From an uncultured Spirochaetota bacterium (GTDB lineage Bacteria > Spirochaetota > Spirochaetia > SZUA-6 > Fen-1364): a stretch of 64,000 nucleotides of DNA. Positions 58,249 through 64,000 of this stretch are shown one piece after another. The notes below the pieces were generated by a model, which was not told the origin of the DNA, searched no databases, and saw nothing but the letters and a program-made list of their open reading frames with translations. The stretch is from the NCBI GenBank assembly GCA_963781885.1, contig CAWAHW010000002.1, positions 224,001 through 288,000 on the forward strand, written 5' to 3'. The translations under genes and the position numbers were made by a program. Positions within the stretch are counted from its first letter, which is position 1, and the number at the start of each line of letters is the position of its first letter.

Positions 58249-58431
58249 GTGGAGCAAGTGCAGAAGAAGGAAGGCCTTGTCTGTGTGTGCGCGGAATGTC
58301 AGAAAGTGATCAAGATAGTCGGCACCATCCCGCCCGGCGGCAGTCCATTGCTCAGTCACGGCATCTGCCCCGAATGCGCCGAAAGGCTCTACGGGGACAT
58401 CTTTCGCGGCACCGACTCCTCTCCAAAGTAG
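58249..58431 (+). CDS. 60-aa putative zinc-binding microprotein (CxxC...SHGICPEC)
   Basis: GTG start; MEQVQKKEGLVCVCAECQKVI...SHGICPECAERLYG; own promoter; present in the ORF track only as the tail of a spurious 695-aa ORF. Confidence 0.75.
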   Translation: MEQVQKKEGLVCVCAECQKVIKIVGTIPPGGSPLLSHGICPECAERLYGDIFRGTDSSPK

Positions 58432-58457
58432 AGGCGCCCTGACCGCGTGAACCGGAT

Positions 58458-59599
58458 TCAGACCACGGTGCGCGGCAGAAGCGGGCTGATGCGCGTCACG
58501 ATCTCATAATTGATCGTGCCCGCCCATTCCGCCATGGTCTCCGCGCTGATCCTTTCCTCGCCCGAGCTTCCCAGGAGCACGACCTCATCCTCCAGGTGCG
58601 CTCCGGCGACGTCGGTGAGATCCACCATCGTGAGATTCATGCAAATCCTGCCCAGGACCGGTGCCCGTCTTCCCCTCACAAGGACATGCGCGCGGTTGCC
58701 GAGGGCCCGGTCGTAGCCGTCCGAGTAGCCGACGGGGAGCACGCCGAGCACGGTCTGGCGCGTCGTCCGGTACGAGCAGCCATAGCCCACGTAGCTGCCC
58801 TCCGGGATCGTCTTCACCTGCGCGATTCTTGTCTTCCACGTGAGCACGGGGCGGAAATCCGGCACCGCGCCTCCCTTTTCGCGCGCGGCGAGCAGCGTCT
58901 CCCGCGACGGCCACAGGCCGTACAAGCCGATGCCGAATCGGAGCATCGTGAAGTGCGTGTTCGGGAAGAGCAGGGCAGCGGCGGTGCACGCGGTATGGAC
59001 GTACGGCAGCGCCCCCACTGTCCGGTCCACCGTCCCAAGGGCCTCTTCGAAGCGCCTGATCTGCAAGGCGGCAAAATCGTGATTCAGGGTGTCTTCGATG
59101 TTGGCGTAGTGCGTCGAGATGCCTTCCACGACGACGTGGGGGCGGCCCTTCAACAAGCGGAGAAAAGATTCCAGGCCGTCAGGGAGCACGCCCTGCCGGG
59201 AGGTGCCCGTGTCCACCTTCACGTGTACGCGCGCGGGGTGCGCGGGGGTGGCAAGGCTGGCGAGCTTCTCCACCGTCTCCGCGTTGTACACGGTGAGCCG
59301 CAGGTCGGCCTCCAGCGCGTCGCCCAGCGCCTCCAACAGGACGTGGCCGAGCAGGAGGATGGGCCGGGTGACGCCACCGGCCCGAAGCTCGAGGCCCTCC
59401 TCCAGCGAATTGACGCCGAACCACTCCGCCGACGGCAGGAGCGACGCGATGGTGAGGGCGCCATGGCCGTAGGCATTTCCCTTTATCACGGCGCATGCCA
59501 TGACGCCGGGCGCCGCCCCTGCGCGGATCTGCCGCAGGTTATGATCGGGCGCCGAGCCGTCGATTTCCACCCAGACGAGCCCAGTGCTTCGGAGGCCGT

Positions 59600-59603
<4 letters not shown>
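58458..59603 (-). CDS. alr: Alanine racemase
   Basis: [20 protein letters not shown] and GTINYE. Confidence 0.96.
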
Positions 59604-60715
<1,112 letters not shown>

Positions 60716-60801
60716 GTCGGCGCCTCCATGAAGCACAGGGTACATACGCGACCGGAAAAGTCAACAATTGGGCTGGACGGCGTTTGACGGGGCGTCGGCT
60801 T

Positions 60802-62007
60802 TCAGTTTTCCAGGATGGTGATCTCCACCCGGCGATTTTTCTTCCGCCCTTCCTCGTTTGAGTTGTCGCCGATGGGCGAGCTGGCCCCCATTCCCCTCAC
60901 CGTCATCTGGGATGCTTTTCGCGCCCCGATCGAGAGGAGGAAATTGGCCGCAGCCTTGGCCCTCTGCGTCGAAAGGGTCTGGTAGTCCTCCTCGGTATAT
61001 CCCGCCGCGCGCGCGGTGAATCCGCTCACGGCGATGTCCCTGTCAGGGTACTGCGCGAGGATCTGTCCGATGCGCCGCAGCTTGTCCTGCTCGGGGGGAA
61101 GCAGCGTATCCGAGTCGGGCGGAAAGTTCACGTTTTCCATTGTTATCGTGACGCCGGTGGCGCTCGGCGCGACCGACACGCCGGGTATCTTTTGCGCGTC
61201 TATCTGTTTCTGGATGTCTCCGGCCACCTGCACCTTGTCCAGCGGGGCGGACGGTATGAGAGTCCCTTTCGAATCGCCCTTGTATTCAACCTGGTCGCCC
61301 GTATTGAAGGAGTAGAGGAAATCGAAGCTCTCTTCATCATAAAGGGGTCGTCGCCCCGCGATGTCCCACCAGAACTTCTGATGCGAATAGCCGGCAACCC
61401 GCGTCGGGTACATCTTCCCCGTCGCCGCGGCGGTCACCGGATGAAAGATCTCGTAATTGATGGAAAAGACCGCGCAATCGACGCCGTCACGGGTTTCCCT
61501 CCCGGTATAGGTATATTCCACGTCGATCGGAAATTGAAATGGCTGCGGGATCCCGAAATTGGCCCTGAAGTCGTCCACCTCGCTGCCGCGGGCAAGCCAT
61601 GTGTCGCCCTGCTTGATTTCACCGTCGGGAAAGAGCGGGACGTCACGCACCATGGGCATGAAAAGCGATGGATCGATGGTGTAGGCGCCCCGGGCATCCC
61701 GCCAGAATGTGGAGGTGTATTCCTCGCTCCAGTCATAGGGGGCATCGGAACCGACGACGCGCTCCGAGTCCTCGTAGGTGACGTCGTGCAGCCCCGCGTC
61801 GCCCTTGGTGTCGGTCACCGTCACGGCGATCTTGTCCAGGATGTCGGAATCGTGGGAGTAGCTTCCATTCACGTAGACCGACTCCCGGATCTGCGACACG
61901 ATGCGGTACTTCTCCCCCTTCGTGTAGGCGAAGCGGAAGGTGTCCGCCGACGCGGCGCCGCCGCCGGCAAAAAGCGCCGCGACCAACAGGCAGAGGATTC
62001 GTTTCAT
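60802..62007 (-). CDS. OmpA C-terminal-domain protein, spirochete type
   Basis: Signal peptide; LS.QRA and NRRVEI motifs. Confidence 0.88.
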   Translation of the reverse strand: MKRILCLLVAALFAGGGAASADTFRFAYTKGEKYRIVSQIRESVYVNGSYSHDSDILDKIAVTVTDTKGDAGLHDVTYEDSERVVGSDAPYDWSEEYTSTFWRDARGAYTIDPSLFMPMVRDVPLFPDGEIKQGDTWLARGSEVDDFRANFGIPQPFQFPIDVEYTYTGRETRDGVDCAVFSINYEIFHPVTAAATGKMYPTRVAGYSHQKFWWDIAGRRPLYDEESFDFLYSFNTGDQVEYKGDSKGTLIPSAPLDKVQVAGDIQKQIDAQKIPGVSVAPSATGVTITMENVNFPPDSDTLLPPEQDKLRRIGQILAQYPDRDIAVSGFTARAAGYTEEDYQTLSTQRAKAAANFLLSIGARKASQMTVRGMGASSPIGDNSNEEGRKKNRRVEITILEN

Positions 62008-62017
62008 GACGCTCTCC

Positions 62018-62046
62018 TTGACAGCGCGGGCGCGTTTCTCTATTCT
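62018..62046 (+). promoter_or_regulatory. Sigma70 promoter of the pseudo-helicase/trmB operon
   Basis: TTGACA-N17-TATTCT. Confidence 0.75.
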
Positions 62047-62058
62047 CGAAAAAAGTAC

Positions 62059-63831
62059 ATGCACGCCGCTAGCGTACCATCACAGGACGATGTTCTCCAG
62101 GCCGTTCGTCGGGCCGGTTTCCAGGCCCTCACACCCCTTCAGTCGAGATTGATCCCCCACTTTTTTAGGGGCAGGGATGTGGCCGTGGAGGTCACCCCGG
62201 GAGCCGGGAGCACGACGGGCATCGTCGTGCCGATGATGCTCGGGCTGCGCGGCGCTGGCCTCTCGCCGCACGCGGTGGTGCTCGCCCCGGGGATGGAGGA
62301 CGTGGCCAAAATCGGCCGCGTCTACGCGCGTTTCGCGCGCGTCGTGAAGGATGCCCCCGCCTTCGTGCCGCTCGGCGAGATCGAAGATGCCCGCCGCGAG
62401 CAGCGGCGGCTGGAGAAGGGGTCCACCGTGGTGGCCGGCACGCCGCTGCGCGTGATCGACCACGTCCGGCGCGGCGGTCTTGCGTTCGGGGACCTCGCCG
62501 TGTTCGTCATGGTCGAGCCCCCGAGCGAGGCGCGGGCGGATTTCATCAAGGACGTGCAGTTCATATTCGAAAAGTTCGGCCATCGGCCGCAGCTCATCCT
62601 CCTTTCCCGCTCTCCCTTGACGGATGACAACGAGCTGCTCGGGCTGCTGCACCATCCGGTGCTCCTTCCCCGCGAAGAGAAGAGCGTTGCGGCGCCCGCC
62701 CCGACGGTGGGGGAGCACCTGTGCTTCGCGCTTGACGCCACGCCCCGCGCGGACGCCCTTGCACGCATCATCCTCGGCCATCGGCTTTCGCCGGTGATCG
62801 TGTTTCATCTCCCGCGGACCGATGCCGCGCGGATCATGGCGACGCTGCGCGCGTATGGGCTGCGCGCCGCATCCGCCTCGTCATCATCGGCCGCCGCCGC
62901 CGCGGGGCGAATTTCCGCGGAGCTTCGCGGCGCCGTGCTCGCCCTTTCCCGGCGCTCGCTGGACGTGCTCCTCCTTCCCCTCGGCGCGGGCAACCTCGCC
63001 GCCGACTTCGGGGAGCTCCCTCCGGTTGCCGTCATCTACTACGAGCTTCCGGGCGCGGGCTTCCGCGGCGGCATCCCGAGTTTCGCAAAGAGGGGCCGGT
63101 CCCTGGCAATGGTCGAACAGGGGCGCGAAAGGGATTTCACACGGCTGCAGGAGGCAATCGGAGTGTCGTTCAACAAACAAGAGATCCCGGACGACGAGTC
63201 CCTTCTCATGGGTGCCATAGACAGGGTGGTGCAGCGCATGAAGGAGGAGGATCCCTCCGAGCTTGCCCACCTGCGGGCGCACATCCGCAGACAGGTTCCG
63301 CTCTTCCAGAGGTCGCTCTTCATGGCGGCGCTCCTGAAGGGGCAGCTTCCCTCCATTGCGCAGTCTGTCGGACGGAAGCAGCCCGTGCCGGCCCAAGCAC
63401 GCACCCCGGCTCATCTTCCGCCGACGTCGCTCGCACCGGCGGAAGCTCCCGTCGCCATCCCTCCCCGCGGACAGCGGGGCCGGTTCGGACGCAATATGCC
63501 GGACGCCGACGTGCGGCCCTCCCGCCCGCCGGAGGGTCCCCGGCAGCCGCGACCGGAGACGCGGAGGCCCGGCGATTTTGCCCAACTTTTCGTGAGCATC
63601 GGCCGCAACAGGCGCGTCTATGCGCGCGACCTCACGCAGCTTTTCACGGAGAAGCTGCAGCTCCTGGAGGGCGACATCGGCGGCGTGCGGGTCTTTGAGA
63701 AGTACTCCTTTGTCGACATCGTCCCCGGCCGGGCAGAAGACGCCATCTCGAAGCTGACGGGCACCGAGCTGAAGGGCCGCGCCATTACGGTCAACTACGC
63801 CAAAAAGAAGGAAGAGAAAGAGGAGAGGTGA
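62059..63831 (+). CDS. Degenerate DEAD-box-like protein with C-terminal DbpA RNA-binding domain
   Basis: Q-motif GF...TPLQ retained while the other helicase motifs are eroded; C-terminal LFVSIGR...IGGVRVFEKYSFVD. Confidence 0.8.
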   Translation: MHAASVPSQDDVLQAVRRAGFQALTPLQSRLIPHFFRGRDVAVEVTPGAGSTTGIVVPMMLGLRGAGLSPHAVVLAPGMEDVAKIGRVYARFARVVKDAPAFVPLGEIEDARREQRRLEKGSTVVAGTPLRVIDHVRRGGLAFGDLAVFVMVEPPSEARADFIKDVQFIFEKFGHRPQLILLSRSPLTDDNELLGLLHHPVLLPREEKSVAAPAPTVGEHLCFALDATPRADALARIILGHRLSPVIVFHLPRTDAARIMATLRAYGLRAASASSSSAAAAAGRISAELRGAVLALSRRSLDVLLLPLGAGNLAADFGELPPVAVIYYELPGAGFRGGIPSFAKRGRSLAMVEQGRERDFTRLQEAIGVSFNKQEIPDDESLLMGAIDRVVQRMKEEDPSELAHLRAHIRRQVPLFQRSLFMAALLKGQLPSIAQSVGRKQPVPAQARTPAHLPPTSLAPAEAPVAIPPRGQRGRFGRNMPDADVRPSRPPEGPRQPRPETRRPGDFAQLFVSIGRNRRVYARDLTQLFTEKLQLLEGDIGGVRVFEKYSFVDIVPGRAEDAISKLTGTELKGRAITVNYAKKKEEKEER

Positions 63832-64000
63832 CCCTCCAGGACCTCCTCAACGGCTGCGCGCCAGAGGGCTGCTGCGAGATTGAAATCGGCTGCGGCAATG
63901 GGCATTTCCTCGTCTCCTACGCACCCGGCAGGCCCCAGACGCTGCTCGTCGGCATCGACATCAAGGCGAAGCGATGCCGCAAGGCGCAGGAAAAAGCGGA
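63828..64000 (+). CDS. trmB: tRNA (guanine-N7)-methyltransferase, 5' part cut by the window end
   Basis: GTGA overlap with the upstream stop; translates to ...EIEIGCGNGHFL...LVGIDIK. Confidence 0.7.
   Translation, partial: MTLQDLLNGCAPEGCCEIEIGCGNGHFLVSYAPGRPQTLLVGIDIKAKRCRKAQEKA

Overview
This is a GC-rich chromosomal window made up mostly of housekeeping and metabolic genes. It most likely comes from a free-living Spirochaetia bacterium, inferred from the murB/cysS/ECF sigma/anti-sigma block, a tandem-cNMP protein, fused PyrBI, a spirochete-style OmpA protein and a DbpA-domain protein. It holds about 55 CDSs and one tRNA-Cys(GCA). These include sugar oxidoreductases, an arabinose operon with a FucI-family isomerase instead of AraA, OFA and lactate transporters, a TetR-ABC efflux unit, a peroxiredoxin, XPB helicase plus partner, gapN, pyrC/pyrBI, ackA, a Ugp-like ABC transporter, alr, ilvC and a partial trmB. 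I found no transposase, integrase, phage or CRISPR-Cas genes. The most unusual items are: (1) two tandem arrays 38 kb apart, built from the same hairpin core GCCACGG-TANN-CCGTGGCATT, showing covariation and each directly upstream of a sigma70 promoter; (2) a DEAD-box pseudo-helicase with a DbpA domain, translationally coupled to trmB; (3) an ECF operon ending in a transglutaminase-like protein that lacks the catalytic Cys; (4) a stand-alone 60-aa CxxC/HGICPEC microprotein with its own promoter and a G9A7 tract. Three genes carry apparent 1-bp frameshifts and ilvC appears to have lost its stop codon; these may be sequencing errors. All calls come from reading motifs by eye; no database searches were run.
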